Positions 1 to 9,588 of a stretch of DNA of 64,000 bases are shown here, in pieces. The stretch's first letter is position 1; the number at the start of each line of letters is the position of its first letter. This stretch comes from Deltaproteobacteria bacterium. Its GTDB lineage: Bacteria > Desulfobacterota > GWC2-55-46. Both the position numbers and the translations under genes were made by a program. The stretch is from positions 16,919-80,918 of the forward strand of contig JADLDY010000039.1 in NCBI GenBank assembly GCA_020846435.1, given 5' to 3'. Under the pieces are notes generated by a model. That model was not told the origin of the DNA and did no database searches. It saw only the letters and a list, made by a program, of their open reading frames with translations.

Positions 1-2
1 TT

Positions 3-833
3 CTCGCCAAAAGGTACATAGCCGGGCCGGAGAGAGCAGACGCCATACGCGCGGCCCTCGCGCTCAACAAAAGCGGCATCGGCGCGATAATAGACAACCT
101 CGGCGAGAACGTCACCAACCCGGCGGAAGCTCAAGAATCCGTAAAAGAGTATCTCAGCCTCCTCGACGACATAAGGTCAACAGGGGCCGACTCGACCATA
201 TCAATGAAGCTCACCCACCTCGGCCTCGACATCAACAAGGGGCTCGCCTCAAGGAACGCCGAGACTATAATAAGGAAGGCTTCTGAGCTTGAGAACTTCG
301 TCCGGCTCGACATGGAAGGGTCTGCCTATACGCAAGCGACGATTGATATCTTCCTCGATCTGAGGAAAAAATATCCCAATGTCGGCATTGCCTTGCAGTC
401 GAGCCTCTTGAGGAGCAGGAAGGATTCCAGGCTCATCACCTCACACGGAGGCTCGATCAGGCTCGTAAAGGGCGCCTACAAGGAACCGGCCTCCATTGCT
501 TTCCAGCACAAGTCTGACGTTGACGCGAACTTCGAGTCAATGATGAAGACACTCCTCCTTACAAAGACCCGGCCGGCCATCGCGACGCACGACGCGAAGC
601 TTATTAAAGAGGCAAAGAAGTTCGCCTCTGAAAAGAACCTCTCCAAAGACTCATTCGATTTCGAGATGCTCCTCGGCATTAAGAGGGCTCTCCAGAGAGA
701 GCTCGCGAAGGAAGGTTTTCATGTCAGGGTCTACATACCGTACGGCAGAAACTGGCTGCCCTACACCATAAGAAGGCTCAGTGAGAGGAAAGAGAATATC
801 TGGTTCGTTTTGAAGAGCCTTTTTGAGAGATGA
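3..833 (+). CDS. Proline dehydrogenase (5' partial; reading frame is open from window start)
   Basis: Frame-3 translation from nt 3 (LAKRYIAGPERADAIRAAL...) runs into the 209-aa ORF 204..833. PutA-type proline dehydrogenase TIM-barrel pattern (VRLDMEGS, IRLVKGAY, ERKEN). Confidence 0.8.
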   Translation, partial: LAKRYIAGPERADAIRAALALNKSGIGAIIDNLGENVTNPAEAQESVKEYLSLLDDIRSTGADSTISMKLTHLGLDINKGLASRNAETIIRKASELENFVRLDMEGSAYTQATIDIFLDLRKKYPNVGIALQSSLLRSRKDSRLITSHGGSIRLVKGAYKEPASIAFQHKSDVDANFESMMKTLLLTKTRPAIATHDAKLIKEAKKFASEKNLSKDSFDFEMLLGIKRALQRELAKEGFHVRVYIPYGRNWLPYTIRRLSERKENIWFVLKSLFER

Positions 834-847
834 ACGGCTTCCCCCTG

Positions 848-935
848 TTCCAAAGCGGGATTGAGGGGGATTAATTTTCATAATCTCCCCTGCCCCTCTT
901 CAGCAAAGAGGGGAGAAAGCCAGAGATTGCGTCGT
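848..935. repeat. REP-like GC-rich palindromic element, copy A (TGAGGGGGATTAATT..ATAATCTCCCCTGCCCCTCTT + CCCCTCTTcagcaaAGAGGGG hairpin)
   Basis: Imperfect inverted repeat GAGGGGGATTA/TAATCTCCCC and perfect hairpin CCCCTCTT-CAGCAA-AGAGGGG. The core is near-identical to the element at 15674..15719. Confidence 0.55.
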
Positions 936-965
936 AGCGAAAGACCGCTCCTCGCAATGACGACA

Positions 966-1000
966 ATAAAAAAAGGGGAGGCCCTGTGGCCTCCCCTTTG
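966..1000. terminator. Bidirectional rho-independent terminator (A8-GGGGAGGCC-CTGT-GGCCTCCCC-TTT)
   Basis: 9-bp perfect GC stem flanked by an A-run upstream and a T-run downstream, between convergent genes (proline dehydrogenase + / small ORF -). Confidence 0.75.
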
Positions 1001-1025
1001 ATCTTTGCGCAATTGACGGCAAGAA

Positions 1026-1274
1026 CTACCCTTTGCAGTCGCCTGACTTGCAGTCGCTCTGCGGGAGCTCCCCTGAGGTAAACAGGTCCCTTATGCCGTC
1101 CTTGTCCTTGCGGAGCTTTTCAAGAAGGTCATTCGCCTCTGTTTCGGAAAGCTCCTGGTCGATGTTGGCCTTGGGGAACTGCTTTCTGAAGATGCCGAGG
1201 AGGAAGGTCAACTCTTCCTTTGACTCGCCTGTGGCCTCTGCCATCGCCTCTATCAGTATGTCGCCGTATGTCAT
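1026..1274 (-). CDS. Hypothetical small acidic protein (82 aa) ending in CKSGDCKG; last gene of the moaD-moaE-mogA transcription unit
   Basis: ORF with AAGGAGA SD 4-5 nt upstream of ATG. Codon usage matches neighbours. Followed by the bidirectional terminator. Confidence 0.5.
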   Translation of the reverse strand: MTYGDILIEAMAEATGESKEELTFLLGIFRKQFPKANIDQELSETEANDLLEKLRKDKDGIRDLFTSGELPQSDCKSGDCKG

Positions 1275-1302
1275 GGGATGATTCTCCTTGTAAGCTGAAT
1301 GA

Positions 1303-1794
1303 TCACGCGCTCGCGCACTCGGACGAGCTGCCCTTTATCTTCTCTATCGTGTGGTTCAAAGCCGGCATGACTACCGCGAGGTTCTCCCTCACGGCCTTCG
1401 GGCTTCCCGGCAGGTTTATTATCAGCGACTCTTTCCTGATGCCGCAGACAGCCCTCGATATCATGGCGTTCGGCGTCTTCTTGAGGCTCTCGGCCCTCAT
1501 GGCTTCCGACATGCCCGGGAGCTCTCTTTCGATGACGGCCTTAGTCGCCTCAGGGGTAACATCCCTCGGAGTGACGCCGGTGCCGCCGGTCGTCAATATG
1601 AGGTCGAGCTTTTTCACGTCGGCGTACTCTATGAGCTTGGCCTTTATGATGTCTGTCTCGTCAGGTATGACCTCATAGGCGCGGACTTCGGCCGGGAGCT
1701 CTTTTACCATGCGCTCGATCTCGCGCCCGGAGAGGTCTTCCCTCTCGCCGCGAGAGCCTTTGTCGCTCATTGTTAATATGCCAACTGTGACCAT
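1303..1794 (-). CDS. mogA: Molybdenum cofactor biosynthesis protein MogA/MoaB
   Basis: GILTMSDKGSRGEREDLSG..., LILTTGGTGVTPRDVTPEA: MogA/MoaB family signature motifs. Confidence 0.85.
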   Translation of the reverse strand: MVTVGILTMSDKGSRGEREDLSGREIERMVKELPAEVRAYEVIPDETDIIKAKLIEYADVKKLDLILTTGGTGVTPRDVTPEATKAVIERELPGMSEAMRAESLKKTPNAMISRAVCGIRKESLIINLPGSPKAVRENLAVVMPALNHTIEKIKGSSSECASA

Positions 1795-1880
1795 ATTTTC
1801 CTCTATGTTAAAACGCTTCGCTAAACAACAGAGCCGTTTTTAATCCCACTCAGTCCCCTTTAGAAAAGGGGGAAATAAAT

Positions 1881-2321
1881 CTACGGCGTCTGAGACACCC
1901 AGACGTCTCCCTTTTGAGTCGTCTCGCGTTTCCAGATGGGGGTCGTCCTCTTCAATTCTGTTATCGCCCACTCGCAGGCCATGAACGCGTCGTTCCTGTG
2001 GGCAGAGGCGGCAACAATGAGAACGATGTTCTCGCCGATGTCTATCTTGCCCACCCTGTGCACTATTGACATCTCGATGATGTCAAAATTCTTGAGGGCG
2101 CGCTCCCTTATGTCGAGGAGCTTCTTTTCGGCCATGCCGGGGTAGTGCTCGAAATCAAGGCCGGTTATCGATTCTCCCTTGGAAAAATCGCGGGCTGCGC
2201 CGAGGAATATGGTGACGCCGCCAATGCCCCTGGACGAGGCCATGACCCTTTTGACTTCGCTGTCGATAGAGAAATCTTCGTGCTGTATCCTTACGAGCTC
2301 AGACACTGTATCTTCCTTCAT
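1881..2321 (-). CDS. moaE: Molybdopterin synthase catalytic subunit MoaE
   Basis: 146 aa, MoaE-like (IVHRVGKIDIGENIVLIVAASAHRNDAFMACEWAITELK). Confidence 0.85.
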   Translation of the reverse strand: MKEDTVSELVRIQHEDFSIDSEVKRVMASSRGIGGVTIFLGAARDFSKGESITGLDFEHYPGMAEKKLLDIRERALKNFDIIEMSIVHRVGKIDIGENIVLIVAASAHRNDAFMACEWAITELKRTTPIWKRETTQKGDVWVSQTP

Positions 2322-2330
2322 GTTTTGTCC

Positions 2331-2579
2331 TTAACCGCCTGAAAAAGGCGGCAGAAAACCGACCTCGTCGCCGTCTTTCACAACCGTCGTCCTTGTGGCG
2401 AACTCCTGGTTGACCGAGACAAGGAGAGAGCGGCTGTCGATAAGCCCGGCAAGCGCCGGGAAATCCTTTTTTATGAGCTCTTTGAGCTCGCCGACCGTGA
2501 TGGGCGAGCTTATCTCGTATTGCTTGCCCTCTGACTTTGCCAGAGTCTTGAGCATGGCGAAAAACTTTACTGTAACCAT
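2331..2579 (-). CDS. moaD: Molybdopterin synthase sulfur-carrier subunit MoaD
   Basis: 82 aa ubiquitin-like ThiS/MoaD fold protein ending in the diagnostic C-terminal GG (…FLPPFSGG). Confidence 0.85.
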   Translation of the reverse strand: MVTVKFFAMLKTLAKSEGKQYEISSPITVGELKELIKKDFPALAGLIDSRSLLVSVNQEFATRTTVVKDGDEVGFLPPFSGG

Positions 2580-4906
2580 TTATCCAGCCTGTCTATATCA
2601 GAGTCCTGTTTGTTAAGGTCGAGCTTTATCCTGTTCGAGGCCTTGGCGAAGAGCTCCGCAAAAGAGTCCCCCTCCCTGGGGAACATGGCGTACCCGTAGA
2701 GCACGTCGGCCCTGCCGTCGGTAAAGGTCTTGCGGAAGCCCTCGTCACCTGAGACTACCTCGGTAATGGAGCTCAGGAGCCTGGGGACCTTCTCGTCGGT
2801 GTCGAGGAAAAGAAAGCCGAAGGTCTCTTCGTTGAGCCTTATGACGACGTCGAAGCTCCTCGTCTTTTTCCTGATGTTGCCGATGACCCCGGCCTCGAAC
2901 GCGGCCTTTTCAGCCCCGAGGTCCTTGAGCCCGGCGATCCTGACTGTGGCGAGCACGAGGCCCTTGTCTATCCTCCTCGCGCGGTTGAGCTCCTGCTCTA
3001 CCCTCTCCTCGAATATGGTGAGCGGGGAAGGCACGTTCTCCAGGTCGTCGCGCTTTGTCTCCCTGGGAGGCGCGACCAGGATGTTCGTAAGCCCCTTTTC
3101 AGCGTATACGGCAAAGCGAGCGAGTATGTCCATGTCGTGTTTGGAAAAGGCGCTGGCGTAAAGCGTGTTGTCGCCTGTCTTGTTGAACATGGACAGGACG
3201 CCGACAATCTCGTCGTTGATGAAAAGAGGCTTTGCCAGAATAGAGCGTATGTACGGGCTCGCGGCTTCCGAGAACTCCCTGGCGACAGCCTCCTTCCTGC
3301 GGAGGACCTCCATCACGGTCTCTTTCTCGAAAGGCAGGAAGTACTCCCTGACGCTCTTGTCATCGAGCCCGAAGGTCGCGACAGTCTGGAACCTCTTCGA
3401 GCCGTCCTGCTTTATCCTCAAAAGCGACCCTTCGGCGCCGAGTATGGCGGCCGGGGTCGTGGCGATTATCGTAACGAGCTTTTTAGGGTCTTTTATCGAT
3501 ATGGTCTCAAGTCCGGCCTCGTCGACCGCGAACATCTTCCTCGAGCGGAGCTTTTCGAGCTCGCTCTGCTTGTGCTTCCAGACGCTGTCGGCAAGAAGAT
3601 TCCTTATCTCCTTGAGGAATGACTCGTGGTAGACGGAGAGCCCCTTGGGGGATATGACCTGCCCGTTGAGCGTGCCGACGAGCTGCCCCCTCGTTATCAT
3701 GGGAAGCGTGAGGTAGACCCTTTTTATCTGGCCGTGCTCGGTCCTGTCGACAAGAAAGACGTCTGACATGGACTCGAGGGAAGCGCCCTCGAGCCCTTCT
3801 CCCGACCTCAGGCTCAGGTGGCCGACGCCCTTGCTGTCCCTTATGCTGGAGGCCTGGAGCATGAGGCGTCCAGAGTCGTCGTCGAATATGTAGATGAAGC
3901 AGGTGAGCCCGGGGACTATCTCAACAAGCTTTCTCGCGACAGTCGTGAGCCTCTTGTCCATCGGCAGGTGCGAGGACATGAGGGAGTCGACCTCTTTCCA
4001 GAAGGTGAACTTGGCGGAATCGACCCTGAGCTTTTCGTATTCGTTTGAGCGGTGTATGACCTCGGCGGCCAGAGCCGCGAGAGACGTGAGGAAGTGCAAA
4101 TCCTCGTTGGTGAAGACATGGGTGGACTCGGAAGAGCTTACGTTTATGACGCCTATTATCTCGCCGTTGACGATGAGCGGGACGCACATGGCGCTCTTGA
4201 CGTCGCTCCTTTCCATGGGCCGGGAGAACTCTTCTGTGCGGGCCTTGCCGGAGATGAGGTGCGGCTTTCCGGTCGCCCAGACCCTGCCGGAGATGCCCTC
4301 ACCCATAGGAACCCTTATCTTCCTTACAACCTCGTCGTCCATGCCCTTGGCGATCTCGACCCTGAGCGTCTTTTCCTCGGTAAGGAGCATGATGGAGCCA
4401 CGTTCGGCGCGGGTCGACTCGGAGGCGAGCTTCAATATGACGGACAGGAGCTCTTTCCTGTCGATGGTGAGGCGGACCGCGTCGACTATCTCGCGGAAAG
4501 CGGTAAGGAGGTTAGACTGCTCGTGGCTCTTGTCCTGGCCGAGCCCTTCGATGGGGGCTGAGGCTCTCACGCCCCAGATGAGCCTCGTGGACAGAGGGCC
4601 GAGCTTTTCCATGTCCTTGAACTCAGGGGCCTCGAGGAACTTTTCAGTTGCCTGGTCCTGAAGCGCGTTGACTATTATGTCGAGACCTTCGACCTTCTTT
4701 ATCTCATTGAGGTCTGTGGTGACTGTTATCTTGCGGCCGGGGGCGAGCCGGTAGCCGAGCTCCTTCAACTTGAAGAGCATGGCGTCCTTGTTGGGGTCGG
4801 CGATGACGCAAATCCTCGTCCTCGGGTCGCCCATGAGAACCGGCAGGAGCTTGAGGCCTTCCTTGTTAGCCCCTATTATGGCTATGTTCTTGACGTCGCC
4901 TGGCAT
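2567..4906 (-). CDS. Multi-GAF-domain signalling protein with C-terminal degenerate (GGDEF-like, RLNEETF) diguanylate-cyclase-type domain
   Basis: 779 aa. At least three GAF-like blocks (…GSIMLL…ISGRVWATGKP…, …CFIYIFDDDSGRL…, …VGVLSMFNKTGDN…). C-terminus aligns to a GGDEF fold but the GG(D/E)EF motif is replaced by NEETF, so it is probably catalytically inactive. Confidence 0.7.
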   Translation of the reverse strand: MPGDVKNIAIIGANKEGLKLLPVLMGDPRTRICVIADPNKDAMLFKLKELGYRLAPGRKITVTTDLNEIKKVEGLDIIVNALQDQATEKFLEAPEFKDMEKLGPLSTRLIWGVRASAPIEGLGQDKSHEQSNLLTAFREIVDAVRLTIDRKELLSVILKLASESTRAERGSIMLLTEEKTLRVEIAKGMDDEVVRKIRVPMGEGISGRVWATGKPHLISGKARTEEFSRPMERSDVKSAMCVPLIVNGEIIGVINVSSSESTHVFTNEDLHFLTSLAALAAEVIHRSNEYEKLRVDSAKFTFWKEVDSLMSSHLPMDKRLTTVARKLVEIVPGLTCFIYIFDDDSGRLMLQASSIRDSKGVGHLSLRSGEGLEGASLESMSDVFLVDRTEHGQIKRVYLTLPMITRGQLVGTLNGQVISPKGLSVYHESFLKEIRNLLADSVWKHKQSELEKLRSRKMFAVDEAGLETISIKDPKKLVTIIATTPAAILGAEGSLLRIKQDGSKRFQTVATFGLDDKSVREYFLPFEKETVMEVLRRKEAVAREFSEAASPYIRSILAKPLFINDEIVGVLSMFNKTGDNTLYASAFSKHDMDILARFAVYAEKGLTNILVAPPRETKRDDLENVPSPLTIFEERVEQELNRARRIDKGLVLATVRIAGLKDLGAEKAAFEAGVIGNIRKKTRSFDVVIRLNEETFGFLFLDTDEKVPRLLSSITEVVSGDEGFRKTFTDGRADVLYGYAMFPREGDSFAELFAKASNRIKLDLNKQDSDIDRLDKWLQ

Positions 4907-4910
4907 TGGT

Positions 4911-5315
4911 CTATGCCTTCTCCAGTATTCCGAGCTCGATCAACCTGTTCATGAGCCTTATGGACTCGAGATCGCCTACGTTACCGCCGGTCTCCCTGCC
5001 CTTGCCCCTCGCCTCGTCAAGACGCCGGAGCCCCTCGAGGATGAGCCCTTCGGGCGATTCGTTTATCGTCCTCTCGGGCGCGACGGCGTCAGGCTCGACC
5101 TCGAACTCGCCGTCATGCCAGGCGAGGAGCTGGAAAAAGGCATCCGGGCCGGTGAACTCCCTGTAAGCGGCGTGCACTACTCCGCCGTCCTTTATAAAGA
5201 CCCTGCCGTAACCCAGCTCGGAGCCGAGGTGAACAGCGACGGTCTTTCGCTCGGCGTTGAATATCTGGATTATGTCGACCAGGCCCATGTCCTTGAGCCG
5301 TCCTTTTACGCCCAT
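4911..5315 (-). CDS. DUF4388-domain protein
   Basis: 134 aa; N-terminal LKDMGLVDIIQIFN…GRVFIKDGGVVHA…GPDAFFQLLAWHDGEFEVE matches the DUF4388 pattern. GGGAGG SD 7 nt upstream of ATG. Confidence 0.65.
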   Translation of the reverse strand: MGVKGRLKDMGLVDIIQIFNAERKTVAVHLGSELGYGRVFIKDGGVVHAAYREFTGPDAFFQLLAWHDGEFEVEPDAVAPERTINESPEGLILEGLRRLDEARGKGRETGGNVGDLESIRLMNRLIELGILEKA

Positions 5316-5405
5316 TCGAGGCCTCCCGGGGGATTGAACCCCCTAAGAATAACGCCTAATCTTACACCAAACACATTAAAGTTTCTATTCCAATTGAAAG
5401 CCGGC

Positions 5406-6662
5406 CTACTCCCTTATCTGGCCGTCCCCGTAGATTATGAACTTCTGCGTCGTAAGCTCCTCTAACCCCATCGGGCCGAAGGCGTGTATCTTTGTAGTAG
5501 ATATGCCTATCTCGGCGCCAAGCCCGAGCTCATGTCCGTCCGAGAACCTTGTGGAGGCGTTGACCACGACGGTCGACGAGTTGACCTCGCGCAAAAACCT
5601 CTGCGCGTTGGCGTAGTCTTTCGTGACGATAGACTCGGTGTGCAAAGAGCCGTATCTGTTTATGTGGTCTATTGCGGCGTCCATGTCGTCGACGACCTTC
5701 ACGCTGAGTATCAGGTCAAGGTACTCGGCTGACCAGTCCTCTTCAACGGCCGCCTTTATGTCTTTCAATATCTGCCTCGTCCTGTCGCATCCACGGAGCT
5801 CGACTCCGGCGGCCCTGTACTTCTCGTACATCTTCGGCAGGAAACTTGTTGCCACGTCCTTGTGCACGAGGAGAGTCTCCATCGAGTTGCACACGCCAGG
5901 CCTCTGCACCTTGGCGTTTACGCTTATATCCTCGGCCATCTTGATGTCAGCCGAAGAGTCTATGAAGACATGGCAGACGCCCTTGTAATGCTTTATGACC
6001 GGAATCTTCGAATTCTCCACGACAAACCTTATGAGCCCCTCGCCGCCCCTCGGTATTATGAGGTCGATGAACTCTTCGAGCTTTAGCATCTCGAGGATGG
6101 CTTCCCTGTCTGTCGTGGGTATGACCTGCACCGCCTTCTCAGGCACGCCTGAGTCAACGCAGGCCCTGTTCAATATCTTCGCTATGGCGTTGTTCGAGTG
6201 TATCGCCTCGCTCCCGCCGCGCAAAATGACGGCGTTGCCTGATTTGAGGCAGAGCCCGGCCGCGTCTGCCGTTACATTGGGCCTTGACTCGAAGATTATA
6301 CCAATGACCCCGATGGGTATCCTCATCTTCCCGACCATGAGGCCGTTGGGCCGCTTCCACATCTTCGTCACTTCGCCGACAGGGTCGGGGAGGCTTGCGA
6401 CCTCTTTGAGGCCTTCGGCCATCGTCGCGAGAGTCTTGTCCGTCAGGGTAAGACGGTCGAGCATGGCCTTTGTGAGACCCTTTTTCTCTCCGGCGGCTAT
6501 GTCTTTGGCGTTCTCATCCTTTAAAAAGGCCGCGTTGGCGATCAAACCGTCAGCCATGTTGATGAGCGCGCTGTTCTTGACTGAACTGCCGAGGCGCGCG
6601 AGCCCGATTGACGCCGCTCTGGCGGCCCTGGCAATGGAAGTGACATCATCCTTCACTGACAT
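5406..6662 (-). CDS. proA: Gamma-glutamyl phosphate reductase ProA
   Basis: 418 aa, aldehyde-dehydrogenase-like ProA motifs ([31 protein letters not shown]). Follows proB on the same strand. Confidence 0.93.
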   Translation of the reverse strand: MSVKDDVTSIARAARAASIGLARLGSSVKNSALINMADGLIANAAFLKDENAKDIAAGEKKGLTKAMLDRLTLTDKTLATMAEGLKEVASLPDPVGEVTKMWKRPNGLMVGKMRIPIGVIGIIFESRPNVTADAAGLCLKSGNAVILRGGSEAIHSNNAIAKILNRACVDSGVPEKAVQVIPTTDREAILEMLKLEEFIDLIIPRGGEGLIRFVVENSKIPVIKHYKGVCHVFIDSSADIKMAEDISVNAKVQRPGVCNSMETLLVHKDVATSFLPKMYEKYRAAGVELRGCDRTRQILKDIKAAVEEDWSAEYLDLILSVKVVDDMDAAIDHINRYGSLHTESIVTKDYANAQRFLREVNSSTVVVNASTRFSDGHELGLGAEIGISTTKIHAFGPMGLEELTTQKFIIYGDGQIRE

Positions 6663-6813
6663 CAGACGCTCCTTTAAAAAAACCCTATAACAAGTTGTTT
6701 TTTCTGCCTTTTACTGGCGAAGCACCGGGGCGTCCGTCGGGCTTGAGGCACTGATGCGGCATCAAAGCCCTAACGATACTATCGGAGGAAACCCCTGAAT
6801 ATTAAGGAAAAAA

Positions 6814-7941
6814 TCAAAGCACCACGAGGTTGTCCCTGTGGATAACCTCGTCAAAGACCTTGTAGCCCAGGACCTGTACGAGCTCGGCCGTCTTCATGCC
6901 TTTTATCTTCTGTATCTCTGAAGAGCTGTAATTGGAAAGGCCCCTGGCAAACTCCATGCCAGCCATGTCAACGCAGTGGACGACCTCTCCAGGCTCAAAG
7001 GTCCCGTCAACGTCCTTTATGCCGGAAGGCAGGAGGCTCTTGCCCTTGGCAAGGAGCGCCTCTTTAGCGCCGTCGTCGACAAAGACCCTGCCTGAGGGCC
7101 TCGCTGAAAACGCTATCCAGTGCTTCTTGCTCGTGAGCCTGTCCTCTTTCGGAAAGAAGAGAGTCCCGGCGTCTTCCCCGTTGAATATGGCAGTGAGGAT
7201 GCCGGGCCTGTTGCCGTTGGCGATGATGGTGGCGGCCCCGTAGTGGGCGGCCTTGCGCGCGGCCTCGCACTTGGACTTTATGCCGCCGGTGCCGAGGGCG
7301 TTGGCCGAGCCATTCAGGAGCTCAAAGCCGGCCGCGTCGACGTCCTCCACGAACCGGAGTTTTTGGGCGTCCTTGAAAGCCTTAGGGTCCTTGTCGAAAA
7401 GTCCGTCTATGTCTGAGAGTATTATGAGGAGGTCGGCCTCAATGAGGTTTGTGGCAAGGGCTGAAAGCGCGTCGTTGTCGCCGAACTTTATCTCCTCTAC
7501 GGCAACCGTGTCATTTTCGTTTATTACAGGCACTATCCCGAACTTCAGGAGAGTCGTCAGGGTGTTCCTCGCGTTCAGGAACCTTTTCCTGCTGCCGAGG
7601 TCGTCGTGCGTGAGGAGGACCTGCGCCACATGAGAGCCCGCCCTTGAAAAGGCCTCTTCGTAGCAGGCCATGAGAGAGCCCTGCCCTACCGCCGCAACAG
7701 CCTGCCTCTCGGGGATGGCGATTGGCCGCTCTTTGAGGCCGAGCTTTCTTACGCCCAAAGCTATTGCGCCGGAGCTTACGATAGCCACTTCGCGGCCTGT
7801 CTCTTTCAGGGCCTTTATCTCAAAAGCGAGCCTTGAGAAGATGTCGCGCCCTTCGACAGCCGGAGCGGCGACGACCGCGCTGCCGACCTTGACGACGACC
7901 CTTCTGGCCTTCTTGAGTATGGCTTTTCTGTGGTCCTTCAT
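6814..7941 (-). CDS. proB: Glutamate 5-kinase ProB (with C-terminal PUA domain)
   Basis: VVKVGSAVV…, amino-acid-kinase fold plus C-terminal PUA-like region. Overlaps obg stop (7938..7941) as in proB-obg arrangements. Confidence 0.93.
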   Translation of the reverse strand: MKDHRKAILKKARRVVVKVGSAVVAAPAVEGRDIFSRLAFEIKALKETGREVAIVSSGAIALGVRKLGLKERPIAIPERQAVAAVGQGSLMACYEEAFSRAGSHVAQVLLTHDDLGSRKRFLNARNTLTTLLKFGIVPVINENDTVAVEEIKFGDNDALSALATNLIEADLLIILSDIDGLFDKDPKAFKDAQKLRFVEDVDAAGFELLNGSANALGTGGIKSKCEAARKAAHYGAATIIANGNRPGILTAIFNGEDAGTLFFPKEDRLTSKKHWIAFSARPSGRVFVDDGAKEALLAKGKSLLPSGIKDVDGTFEPGEVVHCVDMAGMEFARGLSNYSSSEIQKIKGMKTAELVQVLGYKVFDEVIHRDNLVVL

Positions 7942-8969
7942 TCGCTCTGTGTCTTTGCCCTCTTTGCCCGCTCGGCCATGACCCTGTTGCCGACGTAGTT
8001 CACCAGGTCATTGAGCCCCTTGCCTGTGGCGGCTGATATGGGAAATACCTTTATATCCAGTTTTTCAAAAAATTTCAATAACTTCGGGAGCTTTTCGTTC
8101 GCCTCGGTAACATCTATCTTGTTCAACGCTACGACCTGCGGCCTTTCTGCGAGCTCGGGGTTGAAGACCTTGAGCTCTCTGTTCACGACCTTGAAGTCCT
8201 CTTTCGGCTCCCTGCCGGTGAAAGGCGAGAGGTCTATCACATGGATGAACATGCTCGTCCTCTCAACGTGCTTCAAAAACTTTATGCCAAGCCCCTTGCC
8301 TTCATGCGCCCCTTCTATGAGGCCGGGGATATCAGCTACGACAAAACCGCCGAAGTCGCCGAACTCGACTATGCCGAGGTTCGGGACAAGCGTCGTGAAG
8401 GGATAGTCGGCTATCTTGGGCTTCGCGGCCGAAATGTGAGAGATGAGGGTCGATTTTCCCGCGTTCGGGAAGCCGATTATGCCGACATCGGCCAGAAGCT
8501 TGAGCTCAAGCTTCAAGCGCCTCTCCTCGCCAGGCTCTCCGGGCTGCGCGAACCTCGGAGTCTGGTGGGTCGAGGTGGCGAAATGCGCGTTGCCCTTGCC
8601 GCCCCTTCCACCCTTGCAGGCCTTGAAAGACTCGCCATCGTGCACGAGGTCGGCAAGCACCTCCCCTGTCTCGGCGTCTTTTATGACTGTGCCGACAGGG
8701 ACCTTTATCACGAGGTCAAAGCCGTCCCTTCCAGTACAAAGACTGCCCATGCCGTGCTCGCCGCGCTCTGCCTCGTACTCTTTTTTGTACCTGAGGTCAA
8801 GGAGGGAAGCCATGCGTCCCTCCACGAGGAATACCACGTCACCGCCACGGCCGCCGTTGCCGCCGTCAGGGCCGCCCTTTGGCACGTATTTTTCGCGCCT
8901 GAAAGAGATGCACCCCTTGCCGCCGTCTCCCGCCTTGGTGTATATGCTCGCTTCGTCTATGAATTTCAT
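7938..8969 (-). CDS. obg: GTPase Obg/CgtA
   Basis: Glycine-rich Obg N-domain (GDGGKGCISFRREKYVPKGGPDGGNGGRGGDV), G1 GFPNAGKS, downstream of rplU-rpmA. Confidence 0.95.
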   Translation of the reverse strand: MKFIDEASIYTKAGDGGKGCISFRREKYVPKGGPDGGNGGRGGDVVFLVEGRMASLLDLRYKKEYEAERGEHGMGSLCTGRDGFDLVIKVPVGTVIKDAETGEVLADLVHDGESFKACKGGRGGKGNAHFATSTHQTPRFAQPGEPGEERRLKLELKLLADVGIIGFPNAGKSTLISHISAAKPKIADYPFTTLVPNLGIVEFGDFGGFVVADIPGLIEGAHEGKGLGIKFLKHVERTSMFIHVIDLSPFTGREPKEDFKVVNRELKVFNPELAERPQVVALNKIDVTEANEKLPKLLKFFEKLDIKVFPISAATGKGLNDLVNYVGNRVMAERAKRAKTQSE

Positions 8970-9142
8970 TTCAAATTATCCTGCTACCTTCAAAAAGATC
9001 AATTTTTATATATGGTTGAGACCGCTCAAAAAGCTCCAACTGCGGGACTGAGTAGAAAGCGAGGAATGAGCCGCTTACAATCCACACCGAACGAACGACG
9101 ACGATAACGAAGCAGCTGGACTTTTTCAGCGGTCTGTAAAAT

Positions 9143-9190
9143 AAAAAAGGGCGGCGGAGAAACATCTGCCTCTCCTGTCCGCCCTTTTTG
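9143..9190 (-). terminator. Rho-independent terminator/attenuator between rpmA and obg
   Basis: GGGCGGCGGAGA…TCTCCTGTCCGCCC imperfect hairpin flanked by an A6 / T5 run immediately after the rpmA stop. Confidence 0.6.
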
Positions 9191-9210
9191 CTGAATTTTG
9201 CGGTCCTGCC

Positions 9211-9462
9211 TTACTGCGGAAGGATATTAACGACCTTTTTCGCTCCCTTGTCCTCGAACTGAACAACGCCCGAGACCTTGGCGAAGATGGTGAAGTCCTT
9301 GCCCATGCCAGCGTTGGAACCAGGGTATATCCTGCTGCCTACCTGACGAACTATTATGGAGCCGCCGGAGACTACCTGGCCACCGAAGGCCTTGACGCCC
9401 CTTCTCTGACCGTTGGAATCTCTGCCGTTTCTTGAGCTGCCGCCTGCCTTTTTATGAGCCAC
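9211..9462 (-). CDS. rpmA: 50S ribosomal protein L27
   Basis: [24 protein letters not shown]… canonical L27. Confidence 0.97.
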   Translation of the reverse strand: MAHKKAGGSSRNGRDSNGQRRGVKAFGGQVVSGGSIIVRQVGSRIYPGSNAGMGKDFTIFAKVSGVVQFEDKGAKKVVNILPQ

Positions 9463-9588
9463 TTGAATCCCTCCTGAATATCAACTCTATTCTTTTCTAT
9501 TATCAGGCCGCCTCAAGCTCACCATCCGCCTTGCCGGCTTCAGGGCTTTTGAGCAGCCTGTCACTGATCAGTTTTTACGGTACCCTGA

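Noticed and set aside
5316-5405. tRNA-like T-arm hairpin GGGGG-TTCAATC-CCCCC (minus strand) between proA and the DUF4388 gene
   Set aside because: No acceptor stem, D-arm or 7-nt anticodon loop could be built around it. The sequence directly after it is the GGGAGG Shine-Dalgarno of the DUF4388 gene, so it is treated as a leader/RBS-proximal hairpin, not a tRNA.
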